Shown here: positions 12,086 to 25,700 of the stretch, piece after piece | Position numbering within the stretch: the first letter of the stretch is position 1 | How the letters are laid out: each line of letters begins with the position of its first letter | Source of the DNA: Okamejei kenojei | Lineage: Eukaryota | NCBI GenBank assembly: GCA_035221665.1 | Contig: CM069141.1 | Coordinates: 48,112,001 to 48,176,000, forward strand | Length of the DNA: 64,000 bases | Reading direction: 5' to 3' | Translations under genes and position numbers: made by a program | The notes under the pieces: model-generated | Told to the model about the DNA's origin: nothing | Databases searched by the model: none | Seen by the model: the letters and a program-made list of their open reading frames with translations, nothing else

Positions 12086-14535
12086 ATGAGAGATAATATA
12101 TATTGGCTGCTCAAATACCGACTATTCTGCTGCTTTTTCTGCTCCTGGGACCTTGTTTCTGGGCAGATTCGATATTCGGTACCAGAGGAATTGCAACTGG
12201 GTGCCTTTGTTGGGAATATCGCAATTGATTTGGGGTTAGATTTAAAGGAGCTCTCGGCTCGCAGAACACGAGTGGCGCCCAGCCCGAGGAAGCGGTATGT
12301 TGACGTAAATTTGCAGAATGGGGTTTTATTTGTGAATGAAAGAATCGACAGGGAGTTGTTTTGCGGGCCGAGCATAGAATGCATTTTACCCTTGAACGTA
12401 GTGCTTGAAAATCCCCTCGGTCTTCACCAGGTGGAAGTGGAGATACTCGATGTAAATGACAACGCTCCCAGTTTCCCCAAAAACCAGATCCGGCTTGAAA
12501 TCTCAGAGAATATGGCACCGGGAGCGCGATTCCCCCTCGAGGCCGCTCACGATCCGGACATTGGGACGAACTCCTTGCAGGCTTACCAACTCCTTCCTAA
12601 TGAGTATTTTACTCTTGATGTACAGGAACGTGTTAGGGTAGGAATTACACCGGTGTTAGTGCTGCAGAGGGCCCTGGACAGAGAAACGACATCGACCCAT
12701 GACATAACGGTGCTTGCTGAAGACGGCGGTGTCCCGATAAGATCGGGTACGGTACAGGTAACCATCAGAGTAAAGGACGCGAACGACAATCCCCCAGTCT
12801 TCTCGCAAGCGGTTTATAGTGTCAGTATGGTGGAATCGGCTCGCATAGGAAATCTGATTATTAAGGTAAACGCCACCGACTTGGACGATGGCCCTAATGG
12901 AGAGATAACATATTCCCTCACCAACCATAACTCTGCTGACGTTCGTGAATTAGTTGGCGTGAATTCGAAAACTGGTGAAATCAGGCTGAAAGGACATTTG
13001 GACTTTGAACAAAGCAAAACCTTTGTGATTAATATAGAAGCAAGCGATCATGGTTCTCCTTCAATGTCTCAACACTGTGATGTGTTGGTAGATGTTATCG
13101 ATGTGAATGACAATGCCCCTGAATTGTCATTAACATCTATGTCCAGTGCCGTTGCAGAAAATGCCCCAATCGGAACAATTGTCGCCCTTCTCAGCGTAGA
13201 AGATAAAGATTCTGGACAAAGCGGGCAAGTACAATGTCAAATTCCAAGTAAACTACCCTTTCAGCTGGAATCATCCGTGAAGAATAATTGGAAACTCCTT
13301 ATACAACACGGACTGGATCGAGAAACGAACTCGGGGTATGACATCACTGTGACATGCGCGGATGCAGGGGACCCACCACTCACTTCTCAGAAAGTTATCC
13401 GTGTAGATGTTTCTGATGTAAATGATAACGCACCGAAGTTTACGCAGGCTGCATACACGGCAAATGTCATGGAGAATAACGTTATTGGGGATTCCATATT
13501 CGCCCTCACTGCCTATGATCTAGACACGGGACTGAACGCCCGACTAAACTTTACAATCCTGAATTCAGTCGTGGCCTCATATGTCTCAATTGACTCACAA
13601 AATGGTGTCATTTTTGCTCAGAAATCATTTGACTACGAACAATTGAAAAAGTTTCCAGATCCATGTATTGGTGCGGGATTCTGGAGTCGCACCGCTCTCC
13701 AGTAACGTTACAGTGGACGTTGTTATCCTCGATCAGAATGATAATGCTCCAGTGATCGTGAATCCTTTGCCCGAACATGGGTCAACTGTAATTGAGACAA
13801 TATCCAGGTTTGCAGAGCCAGGATACCTAGTTGCCAAGGTATCCGCTGCTGACGCCGACTCCGGTCAGAATGCCCGTCTGACTTATCATGTTTTTCAGGC
13901 CACACACCATCATCTTTTTACTATTTCAGAGGACACAGGGGAAATTTGGACCATCCGTGGTATTGAGACAAAGGATGCATCGAATCAAAGGCTGGTGATT
14001 GTTGTAAACGATAATGGAATCCCATCGCTTTCAGCCACAGTGACCATTGTACTATTTATGGAAGGAAGCGACACGATATCCAGTGCCACCAGTCTTTCAA
14101 AAGATCACGTGTTCTCTCCAGATATGAACCTTTCCTTGGTCATAGCGTTAGGGACAACATCTATAATTTTCCTCTTGATTTTAATTATCCTTGCCATTAT
14201 GGTTTATAAAAATAGAAATGGTGTAGTACGCCATTACAGTTCTCTGAACGTCTGCTGCTGTTTAGAATCAAGGAGTTCTCTGAATGGGATACAAACGGCC
14301 AGCAAAAGCCTTCACTTACCACCAAACTACGTTGAGGTATTCGGAGGTGATCCGCTTTCTCAGAGTTACCGTTACGATTCTTGTTCAACGTTGCAGTCTG
14401 CGACGAGAGATTTAAGGACCCCTCAGACCTGTGGCCTATCTACAACAATGGGATATGTCCAGAAAACCCCTATTGGAAAGGAGAACCCAGGAATGATAAG
14501 TTCTGAAAACTCCAACTTTCGTGTGAAATAACGAG
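12086..14535 (+). CDS. Clustered protocadherin variable exon V3, two apparent +1 frameshifts (pseudogene or assembly error)
   Basis: ORFs 12086-13705 and 13668-14531 together give a full paralog. Extra base at ~13652 (AAAAAGTTTCCAG vs AAAAACTTCCAG in V2) and at ~14527 (GTGAAATAACGAG vs GTGAATAATGAG in V1). Donor GAG|GTGAGT at 14535/14536. Confidence 0.85.
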
Positions 14536-15499
14536 GTGAGTAAGTTCAAAAGAAACATAATCGGGCTGGGAAATGGGCCAAATGCATTTATTTGGACGAA
14601 ATTAATATCTAGGTCATAAATGATTTCTTCATACTGATCTCCAACAATATTTTAATATGCCAGGTATTGTACGTGAAATATGCAGTGTCTATGATTATGT
14701 GTAACGCTACTGCATTGCTACAACAGGTGTACCAAGTGTCAACGAAGTCCAGATTATTCACTTCCGATTTTCTAGCCCAATTTAAGTTCATTTAAATGCT
14801 CAGTACGTGTTAATATTGGCCCACGATTTCTACAAATTTCGTTTTACCTATCTTTAGAGAAACTACGAACAAGCTTGTTCTGAATATATTTATCCTCGGC
14901 TGATTAGACCGCCTCGTAATTGAAATCCAAAGATAAACGTGGATGCTGGAAAGTTGAAATGTAAAAAAACAATTGAATATACTGGAAACACAACATTATC
15001 TGTGAAGTGAGAAACAAGGGTCCACGTTTCTTGTGGATTACCTTAAATCAGCACTCGGTGAACATTTACATTTTGTTTTTTCCCCATCGGTGCTGCAGGA
15101 CCTGAAGAGTATTTCCTTATTGTTTACTTTCCCATTTCACGTCGCCCTGTACCGTTAAGCTTCAAGCGAGTTGCAGGAGATGTGATCTTAGATGAGCTTA
15201 GCATTTAATAGTTAATAATATATAATTTGGGGGATTTGAAGAAATATCCTAAATAAATAGTAGTTAAGAGCTGGTGAACTGATTCCATTCTTCTGCGGAA
15301 GAAAATTCTCCCCAGTTTGGAGAGAACATATGTTGGGGGTAGTAGTCCATTCCATGAATGCATACAGTATATTGCTCAAATCTTATGTTACCTAGATGAT
15401 GTAGTGATTTTAATCGAATCTGGCAAGGTGTTCATTTCCTGTGAATAAATGCATTTAAAAAATAAATTTGTCTATTGACAAGAAAAAAGACAAATGTTA

Positions 15500-15765
15500 A
15501 TTTGGTCATTTGATATGAACACTTTAAAATGTTAGACATAGAGTGGATAGACCGATTGAACCCTTTGCCAAGGCTGGAACTGCCAAAGGATAGAGGGCAT
15601 CGCTTTGTGGTGAGAAGCGAAAAGTTTAAAGGAGATGTGAGGGGCGAGTTTTTTTTTTTGCACAGGGGGTAGTGTGTGCCAGCGTTCAGCCAGGAGTGGT
15701 GGTGGAGGCAGTTGCGATTGTGATTTTTAAAAGGCTTTTTGATAGGACTGTTCCTATGCTGTATC
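15500..15765 (+). mobile_element. Degenerate CR1-type LINE 3' fragment
   Basis: AGAGGGCATCGCTTTGTGGTGAGA...AAGTTTAAAGGAGATGTGAGGGG...TTTTTGCACAG, similar to the other CR1 3' ends in this window. Confidence 0.55.
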
Positions 15766-16579
15766 TTTTTGTAAAACACCGCTGATTCTTGACTATTATC
15801 TATGTTCAAATCTGTCCATTGCACAATGATGTTCTAGCTTTAGGAGACAACACCAAAATGATTTCACAATGTTTATATCATAGGAAACAGTCACAAAGCA
15901 AATATACTGACCAGAAGGTGAAATATTTAGTACGAGTATATGTGAATTGTCCAATGTTAGGTGGAAGCTGAAAAGCCGTTTTTGTCTTTTTATGTAAAGG
16001 AGATACCATTGTGATATAATTGTGGGGTGGAGCACTGCTGACGGGCAGTTTATGTAAACGAGATCCCATTATGACGTCATAGCTGCTAACTGCCACTGCA
16101 ACGTCAAATGATTTTCCTCAAATTGGATTTTGTAAAGTTGAAAATGTGAATAAATTGTAAAATACAGAATACTGTCAATCTGAACAAAACTTGATGCAAT
16201 ACCTCACAGGACACTGGTGAGTAAGGTGCTAAAAGAATTGGACAAACAAAAAATCAAAGTAACGCTAACACATATTCGTGTACCGCCCGCATTCATGGCA
16301 TACCATTCAGACGTCATGAAGCTCACACACACACAGACACAAACAGACTGACTCACAAACAAACAAGATGAGAGTTTTAGTAATATATACAAGACCAAGT
16401 GGGACCCGTTGGGTCCACGTCACACGGGGGGGGGGTGCTTGTCCCCAACACAATATTCCACCACTCATCCCTTCCTGGTTCCACAAGGCAACCCATTCCC
16501 CAAGGGAATATTGCACCACTCACCCGTTTTCCCAACGGGAGGCCTGGGTCCACCAACACAACCCATTCCACATGGCAAT

Positions 16580-16614
16580 ACTCTCTCTCTCTCTCTCTCT
16601 CACTCTCTCTCTCT

Positions 16615-16640
<26 letters not shown>
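16580..16640. repeat. (CT)n microsatellite
   Basis: Interrupted CT dinucleotide run. Confidence 0.9.
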
Positions 16641-16649
<9 letters not shown>

Positions 16650-17140
16650 CCTTGTCTGTATCTATTTCTATGTCTCTTGGCCTAGCCCCTCTCCCGACAA
16701 CCTGGTCTGCGATATGCCACTGTGACGCAATCGCTGCAACTCGCCCTTCCCTCCGCCACAGTGGTCAGTGAGATGCCATTGTGACGTATACCTGCAACTG
16801 TCAGAAACCTCCCAAGGCACAGTAATAGTTATTCTGACAATTTGGCTTTTTGAAACGTTTAAATATCAATAACGTGAAATATAACATTAAATCTAAAGGA
16901 AACTTGACAGGAATGACCACGGGACAAAGGTGATGCAAAAATGTATGCACTACCATGTACCGTTTTGGCGTAGGTCACCCATTTATTCAAAAAATCTTAC
17001 GTTTTTAAGTTTAAAAATGAAAAAATTCTTGTAAAACGTAACATCAAGTGAAGAAACTTGATAGAACAACCACGGGAAACAGCGAAGAATTTGCAAAAAT
17101 TTTCGTGCTATTGTGTACCGTTTTGGCGTAGTTCCTTGAT

Positions 17141-17141
17141 C

Positions 17142-17222
<81 letters not shown>
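17141..17222. repeat. (CAGA)n microsatellite within the Helitron-like unit
   Basis: About 20 perfect CAGA units. Confidence 0.95.
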
Positions 17223-17226
<4 letters not shown>

Positions 17227-17667
17227 GAGACTTTTAATAGTATATAGATATTAGACCAAGTGGGACCCGGTGGGTCCCTATCACACCAGAGGGCTGGCCC
17301 AGAAACTCAGTATTCCACCACTCACCCATAGCCTCCAATTGCGCAAGCGTGGTAGGGGGATTCTGGTGGAGGGGCAGGGGGGTTTGGTGGAGGGGGGTAT
17401 TTGGGGGGGGGGGGTGGAGGGTGGGATGGGGGACGACGGTGGTGGTGGGAGGGGCTGTGGGGGTGCGGGGGAAGGGTGCTGTGGGGACGGACGGTGGGGG
17501 CGTGGGAATCTTCAAAACCTTCATTATTTTTGTAATATTTCACCGATCGGATCAAAACCTATTTGACTTGCAGCAGATGAGAATGGTGAGTACGTTGGCC
17601 AAATATCATAACGCTATGCGGGATCATTTTGGCGCAAGTTTAATTACAACGCAGACAGGAAGTGTTC

Positions 17668-17839
17668 NNNNNNNNNNNNNNNNNNNNNNNNNNNNNNNNN
17701 NNNNNNNNNNNNNNNNNNNNNNNNNNNNNNNNNNNNNNNNNNNNNNNNNNNNNNNNNNNNNNNNNNNNNNNNNNNNNNNNNNNNNNNNNNNNNNNNNNNN
17801 NNNNNNNNNNNNNNNNNNNNNNNNNNNNNNNNNNNNNNN
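17668..17839. other. Assembly gap
   Basis: Run of 172 N. Confidence 1.
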
Positions 17840-17844
17840 ACAGT

Positions 17845-18230
17845 CAGGAACTTTTTCCCCGGGGCAGAAATGTAAAAGACGAGGTGGGGGGGGGGGGGGG
17901 CACAGCTTTAAGTTCAGAGGGTGAAAGATTGAGGGAGAGATGCGGGGTATTTTTCTTACAGAGGGTGGTGATTGGCTGGGACGTGCTACCAGGAGGTTTT
18001 CCTGTAGGCAGACGCAATAATGGTGTTTAAAGGTCTTTTGGATAGTTTAGTTTAGTTTATTGTCACGTATACCGAGGTACAGCGGAAAACATCTGAATAC
18101 GCTGGGAATGGGGCGGGATATGTATTATGTGTAGGCAGTTGTGATTAGTCTAGCTTGGCATTCTGCTCGGCACAGACATTGTGGGTCACGGGCCTGTTTC
18201 CGTGTTGTATTTTTCTATGTTCTATGTTCA
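17845..18230 (+). mobile_element. Degenerate CR1-type LINE 3' end
   Basis: GGGCACAGCTTTAAG...TTCTTACAGAGGGTGGTG...GGGCCTGTTTCCGTGTTGTAT ending in TTCTATG repeats. Confidence 0.55.
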
Positions 18231-18968
18231 AAAGTATAAGCAATTATACTGACCATTTTATATTTATTTCTTTGCCACTTCTGGAACTCTGAAACCCAAC
18301 GGTAAGTGCATGCTAGTTTAAAAGCATCACATTCTCCACAATCAAGGAAGATTACCAATGTCAGTGATTAGTGTTTATTGCAGGGGGAATTGAGGTTTGT
18401 TTTATTTTCTTCAGCAGATTTATGTAACAGCCATTTGCATTTTCGAAGAGATGGAATGCTGTAATGACAATAGTGCCTATTAGTTAATTAATCGTTACTG
18501 AACGAAGGGCTCTAATTTGTGCCTGGAAATATATGAATCAGCAGCAAATACATTGTGGACACAAGAAACTGCTTGTGCCTACAATACTATTTATTAGATA
18601 CTATTTTACAAAAAGAGACACAGAGTGTTTGAGTCCCTCAGCGGGTCAAGCAACAACTCTGGAGATAGGTGATGTCAACGGTACTTAATGTCACGTGCAC
18701 CGAGCTATAGTGAAATTCATTTCATTTTTGTATACTGTTCAGTACATGTTTCACTATAGATAAGTACATAGATATATCTTAGATAAGCACATCAGATAGA
18801 GTACAAGTGTATAGTAGTCGAATAATTACATTAAAATGTTAATTGTGAATCAGTTCAAGTATATTTTTACAACAGGTCGAGAAGCAGAATATGGAAATAA
18901 ATATTTTAAATGAATTTAAACTGTGCAACAATAAATACAATAATTTTGTGCTGATTTGGGACAACACG

Positions 18969-19120
18969 GCTTTAAGAAACGATGTGCACGGGGATTTGCT
19001 GAATATCAATGCGCCCGTATTCACCAATCAGAAGCCAGGTTGGGCTTGGTGATCCGGACAGCCCTCGACATTGCCCACCCACTCTTACGTGAGATCAGAA
19101 GCGGTGAAGAATTGAATGGC
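18969..19120 (+). promoter_or_regulatory. Conserved promoter module of V4
   Basis: GCTTTAAG 18969, ATTTG (variant) 18994, CCAATCAG 19024, GATC 19051 followed by ACAGCCC. Confidence 0.78.
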
Positions 19121-19318
19121 GAACAGCTCGCAGAATTTCTGCGAAAATCCACTGGTAACTATGAACAAAATTAAAAGATGAACATGAAATGATCCGTGCG
19201 ATTTATGGTACGGCTGAAGTGTGGAACATCACGGTTTAAATGCATAAGAAATCCAAATAAAGAGACCATTAATGTTGGCATCACGAACTGAAAGACAGTG
19301 GAATGATTTACACTGGAA

Positions 19319-21772
19319 ATGAGGTACAAAGTATATTGGCTGCTAAAATGTCGATTGCTCTGCTACGTCTTCTCTTCATGGGGTATGGTTTCGGGGACGA
19401 TTCGCTATTCGATTCCTGAGGAGCTGCAACTGGGCGCCTTTGTTGGGAACCTCGCACTCGATTTGGGTTTAGATATAAATCAGCTATCGACACGAGGTTC
19501 CCGCATCGTGGCCGGTTCTAAAAAAATATATATGGACATCAATTTGGACAATGGAATTCTCTTTGTGAAGAAAAAAATCGACAGAGAACAGCTATGTGAG
19601 TCAAGTCTCTTTTGTTTATTATCCTTCGATGTTCTGTTGGAAAATCCGCTGAAATTGTACCCGATTTCAGTGGACATTCTCGATGTAAATGACAACGCTC
19701 CTATTTTCCCGGAAAACCAAATCAGCCTTGAAATTTTAGAGCTGGCTGCACTGGGAACCCGTTTCCTCCTCGAGTCTGCCGATGATGCCGATGTTGGAAC
19801 CAACTCCTTACAAACGTACAAGCTCCAGCCGAACGAATATTTCTTCCTCGATGTGCAGACGCGCAGTGGAAGTGAAATGTTACCAGTATTGGTGTTACAA
19901 AGGTCCTTGGACAGAGAAAAACAACCCGTCCACAAATTGGTCTTGGTAGCAGAAGATGGCGGTGTTCCTTTAAGATCGGGTACCGTTCAGGTTACTATAA
20001 CAGTGAATGATGCAAACGATAACGTGCCTATTTTTCCTCAGTCGGTATACAGGGTCAGCCAGCTAGAGTCTGCACCAAAAGGAACGCTTATTATCAAATT
20101 AAACGCCACTGACCTGGACGATGGCCCCAACGGGGAGATAATGTACTCCTTCAGCAGTCATAATTCAGCAAGAGTACGTAAACTTTTTGATGTTAATTCC
20201 AAAAATGGTGAAATTAGACTGAAAGGGAATTTGGATTACGAGGAAAGTAGCACAGTTCAGATGAACATACAAGCAATTGATATGGGTTTAAACGCAATGG
20301 CTGGGTATTGTGATGTGTTACTAGGCATTATTGATGTCAATGATAACGCACCTGACGTGACGCTCACGTCTCCGTCGAGTAAGGTTTTGGAAGATGCCCC
20401 TAATGGGACTGCAGTGGTATTGTTCAATGTAGAAGACAAGGACTCGGCCCAAAATGGACAAGTTCAATGCCAAATTTCAAACACTCTGCCCTTTCGACTA
20501 GAATCGACTCTGGGGAATTATTACGAGCTCTATATTGATCAGCCGTTGGATCGCGAGAATACCTCTAACTATGATGTGACTATAACATGCACGGATTCAG
20601 GGATCCCTCCTCTCTCATCCAAGGCAACGGTTCGTGTAGAGGTTACAGATGTAAATGACAACGCACCACGATTTTTGCACCCCTCGTATACAGCAAACGT
20701 CATGGAAAATAACGTTATTGGTGCTTCTATATTACGTTTGAATGCCATCGATCCAGACGCAGGACACAATGCCCGATTGAAATTTTATTTTCTGGAGTCC
20801 ACGCTTCAGGACACACAAGTGTCGTCTTATGTATCGATTAACTCAACGAGTGGAGTCATATTCGCCGAGAGATCATTTGACTACGAACAGTTGAAACACT
20901 TCCGCGTCCAGGTTCAGGTGCAGGATTGTGGAGTCCCACCGCTCACCAGTAACGTTGCAGTGGACGTTGTTATCCTCGATCAGAATGATAACGCCCCAGT
21001 CATCGTGAGTCCTTTGCCGGAATATGGGTCAACAGTCATGGAGACAATTCCCAGATTTGCCGAACCTGGATACCTTGTGGTCAAGTTATCAGCTATAGAT
21101 GCTGACAATGGTCAAAATGCCCTTCTCGTTTTCCAAATTTATCAGGCTACCCATCACGACCTTTTTACTATTTCGCCAGAGACTGGCGAAATTTGGACTA
21201 CCCGACGAATCATGAGCAGGGATGCTTCCAAGCAAAGACTGGTGATTGTGGTAAAAGATAGCGGCAGTCCTCCTCTTTCAGCTTCTGTGACGATAATGTT
21301 GACTGTAGCAGGCAGTCACAGTCAAACATTCTCCAGTATCAACAGTGTTACTAAAAATACCGGATTCACTTTGGATCTGAGCTTTTCCTTGGTCATAATC
21401 TTAGGAATAACATCCAGCGTGTTATTTGTTATTTTAGTAATACTCGGATTTATTGTTCATAGAAACAGACAAGGATTGGGAGGGCAGCGCTGTTCCCTGG
21501 GCGTTTGTTGTTGTTTTGGAGCAGGGGCATCTCTGAATGGAATTCAAAAGGCCAGTAGAAGCCTTCAGATCCCTCCTAATTATGTAGAGGTATTTGGGGG
21601 CGATCCACTTTCTCAACGATTTCGATACGAATCGTGCTCAACGTTGCAATCGACGAATGCCAAAGCGTGCGGGCAACCTGCAGACAATCATTATGTCCAG
21701 AGAGAGTTTTTCAGGAAAGGCAAGTCTGAAAAGGGGAAGTTGAACAATTGCAGCAGCACTGTAAACAACGAG
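19319..21772 (+). CDS. Clustered protocadherin variable exon V4 (intact, 818 codons to donor)
   Basis: Full signal/6EC/TM/cytoplasmic ORF; donor GAG|GTGAGA at 21772/21773. Confidence 0.96.
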
Positions 21773-22515
21773 GTGAGACGTTGCTTTAAAAAAAAAAGTA
21801 GATGTATTCATTGATTTAATGTTGCCGTATTGGAGAATGGTTGGACTGGAGTCACACCTTCGGGTTTATCTTTTAATGTTTATCGTCAGTTAGTTTTCTA
21901 AGCATTGCTGTCTCTATGTTTTAAACCAGTATGTGGCATTGCCCACACACAACGATACTTTGTTCACTCTCTCTGAATCTTGACAATTATCTTCACTAAA
22001 AATCTGCAAATATAGTGTTGTTAAGCCTACTCAATAACGAAATAGATAGATTATCTGTGTACAGCAGAAATTGAAATCATGTGTGCATCGAGGAAAGGTC
22101 CAACGATGAGATCTGTTATGATCAATTATGACGCAGGCTCCATCCGTTTCATGGAGGACTTCAGTTATGATATTCGATGCCGAAAACACCCGTGTTCCCT
22201 AAGATATTATCAAATCCTAAACACCGCGTGGTTTAATGGTGTTTAATACTGAAAATGTATTTGAGCATATTAAGTGTCTGCATGCAATAGGTAGACTTCA
22301 ATGTCGTGTGTACTTACACTTTCACTACAACGAGAAAAATAAAATCATAGCATGTATATCTCCAGACATTTATAAAATGTTCCGTATGGTTTTTGAGTTA
22401 AGTGTATTGTCACGTGTACAGAGGAACAGTGAAAAGCTTGTGTTGCCTGCGAACCATTTAACGGAAAAAACAGTGCACAATTACAATCGAGCCATCCAGT
22501 GTATAGATAGAGGAT

Positions 22516-22666
22516 GGGGGGTACACAAAAAGCTGGAGAAACTCAGCGGGTGCAGCAGCATCTAAGGAGCGAAGGAGATAGGCGACGTTTCTGCTGCACC
22601 CGCTGAGTTTCTCCAGCTTTTTGTGTACCCTCGATTCTCCAGCATCTGCAGTTCCTTCTTTAAAAC
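22516..22666. mobile_element. Young foldback Penelope pseudo-LTR derivative with 14-bp TSD
   Basis: Arms GGGTACACAAAAAGCTGGAGAAACTCAGCGGGTGCAGCAG and its reverse complement; near-identical to 4805-4909. TSD TATAGATAGAGGAT at 22502-22515 and 22667-22680. Confidence 0.88.
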
Positions 22667-22726
22667 TATAGATAGAGGATAACGGGAATAACGTGAATAA
22701 CGTTTAGTGCAAGATAAAGTGCAATA

Positions 22727-25700
22727 GTAGACCATAGGTGCAGGAGTAGGCCATTCGGCCCTTCGAGCCAGCACCGCCATTCAATGTGACCATGGCTGAT
22801 CATCAGGACTCCGTTTTTGCCTTCTCACCATATCCCCATGACTGCGCAATCTTTAAGAGCTCTATCTAACTCTCTCTTGAAAGCATCCAGAGAATTGGCC
22901 CCCACTGCTTTCTGAGGCAGAGAATTCCACAAATTCACACCTCTGGGTAAAAAGGTTTTTCCTTATCTCCGTTCTAAATCACCTTCCCCTTATTCTTAAA
23001 CTGTGGCCCCTGGTTCTGGACTCCCCAACATCGGGAACATGTTTCCTGCCTCTAGCGTGTCAAATCCCTTAATAATCCTTTATGTTTCAATAATATCCCC
23101 TCTAAATTCCAGACTATACATGCCCAGCCGCTGCATTCTATCAACATATGACAGCCCACCATCCTGGAAATTAACCTTGTGTACTCCCTCAATAGCAAGA
23201 ATGTTCTTCCACAAATTTGGTAATTAAAACTGTACACAATACTCCAGGTGTGTTCTCACTCGGACCCTGCACAACTGCAGAAGGACCACTTTACTCCTAT
23301 ACTCAACTCCTCTTGTTATGAAGGCCAACATGCCATTAGCTGCCTGCTGTACCTGCATGCATACTTTCAGTCAGTAATGAACAAGGACCCCCAGATCTCT
23401 TTGCACTTCCCCTTTTCCCAACTGGACACCATTCAGATAATAATCTGCCTTCCTGTTTTGGCCACCAAAGTGGATAACCTCACATTTATCCACATTAAAC
23501 TGCAGCTGCCATGAATCCACCCACTCACCCAACCTGTCCAAGTCACCCTGCATCCTCATAGCATCCTTCCCACAGTTCACACTGCCACCCAGCTTTGTGT
23601 CATCAGCAAATTGGCTGAAGTTACTTTGAATCCCTTAACCTAAATCATTTATGTATATTGTAAATAGCTGCGGTCCCAGCACCGAGCCTTGCAGTACCCC
23701 ACTAGTCACTACCTGCCATTATGAAAGAAACATGTTAATCCCTACTCTTTGTTTCCAGTCTGCCAACCAATTTTCTATCCATGTCAGCACCCTACCCCAA
23801 ATCGATATGCTCTAATTTTGCCCACTAATCTCCTATGTGGGACGTTATCAAATGCTTTCTGAAAGTCCAGGTACACTACATCCACTGTCTCTCCCTTGTC
23901 CATTTTCCTAGTCACATCCTCAAAAAATTCCAGAAGATTAGTCAAGCATGATTTGCCCTTTGCAAATCCATGCTGACTCGGACGGATCCAGTTTCTGCTT
24001 TCCAAATGTGCCGCTATTTCATCTTTTATAATTGACTCCAGCATCTTCCCCGCCACTGAAGTCAGGCTAACGGTCTATAATTCCCTGTTTTCTCTCTCCC
24101 GCCTTTCTTAGAAACTGGGAAAACATTAGCTCCCCTCCAACCCACAGGAACTAATCCCAATCTATAGAACATTGGAAAATGCGTCCACGATATCTAGAGC
24201 CACTCCCTAAAGTAGCCTGGGATGCAGACCATCAGGCCCTCTAGATTTATCAGCCTTCAGTCAACCCATCACAATTTCCTGCCTAATGTGAATTTCCTTC
24301 AATTCCTCCATCACACCCAGATCCTCTGGCCACTAGCCCAACAGGGAAATTGTTCGTGTCTTCCTTAGTGAAGATGGATCTAAAGCACCTGTTCACGTTG
24401 CCTGCCATTTCCTTATTCCCTGTAATAAATTCAACCGTTTCAGTCTTCAAGAGTCCAACTTTGGTCTTACCTATTTTTTTCCTCTTCACACACCTAAATA
24501 AGCTTTTACTATCCTTCTTTATATTCTTGGCTGGCTTACCTTCGTATCCCATCTTTTCTCCCCGTATTGCCTCTGGTTATCTTCTGTTGCTCTTACAAAG
24601 TTACCCAGTCCTCTGGCTTCCCGCTCATCTTTGCTATGTTTTACTTCTCTTTCATTTTTATACTGTTCTTGACTTCCTTTGTCAGCCACGATCGCCCCTT
24701 ACTCCCCTTGGAATATTTGGAATGGACTGATCCTGCACCTTCTGTATTATTCCCAGAAATACCTGCCATTGTTGTTCCACTGTCATCCCTGTTAGGGTAT
24801 CGTTCCAGTCAATTTGACCAGCTTCCCCCTCATGGCTGCACAGTCCCATTTTCTTCAACTGTAATACTGACACTTCCGAATTTTCCCGTGTCCCTCTCAA
24901 ATTGTAGATTAAAACTTATCATTATGGTCCTCGAGTCCCCACATCAAATCCGGTTCATTACACAATACTAAATCCAAAATTCCTTTCTCCCTGGTTGGCT
25001 CCAGTACAAGTTGCTGTAAGAATCCATCACAGAAGTACTCCACAAACTCCCTTTCTTGGGGCCCAACACCAACCTGATTTTCCCAGTCTACCTGCATGTT
25101 GAAATTTCCCATAACAACTGTAGCATTGCCTTTGCGACATGACAATTTTAACTCTTTATTCAACTTGTACCCGATATGCAGGCTACTGTTTGGGGGCCTG
25201 GAGATAACGCCCATTAGGGTATTTTTACCCTAACAAAATTCTCAGTTGTATCCATACTGACTCTACATCTCCTGATTCTATGTCACCCCACGCAAGGGAC
25301 TGGATTGCATTCCTTACCAACAGAGCTACCCCACCCCTTCTGCCCACCCGTCTGCTTTTCAATAGGACATATACCCTTGAATATTCCATTCCCAGCTCTG
25401 ATCCTCTTGCAGCCATGTCTCTGTAATTCCCACAACATCATACTTGCCAATTTCTAAGCGAGTCTCAAGCTCATCCACTTTAATTCTTATTCTTCGTGCA
25501 TTCATATATAATACATTTAATCCACTTCTCCCCTCACCCTGCGCATTGATTCCTATTTAACTTGGCCTTACTCTCCTATCCCTTCCCGAGCTTTCTGCCC
25601 CGTTAATTCAGGTGTCTTTCTTAACTTTTCATATATTCTCTTTCCCTTTAACCCCATCCTTATATCTCCAGTCGCCTCCCCCCACTATTTAGTTTTAACC

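Larger units (their letters stand above)
16040..17667 (-). mobile_element. Head-to-tail array of non-autonomous Helitron-like elements (about three units, running into the gap)
   Basis: Minus-strand 5' end TCTATATACTATTAAAAGTCTCATCTTG(TCTG)n at 17248. 3' hairpins GGGACCC-N3-GGGTCCC (17262-17278; 16402-16416) lie ~8 nt from CTAG-like ends (17251-17254, 16390-16393). The junction sequence recurs at 16363-16416 and 17221-17278. Left boundary is approximate. Confidence 0.65.
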
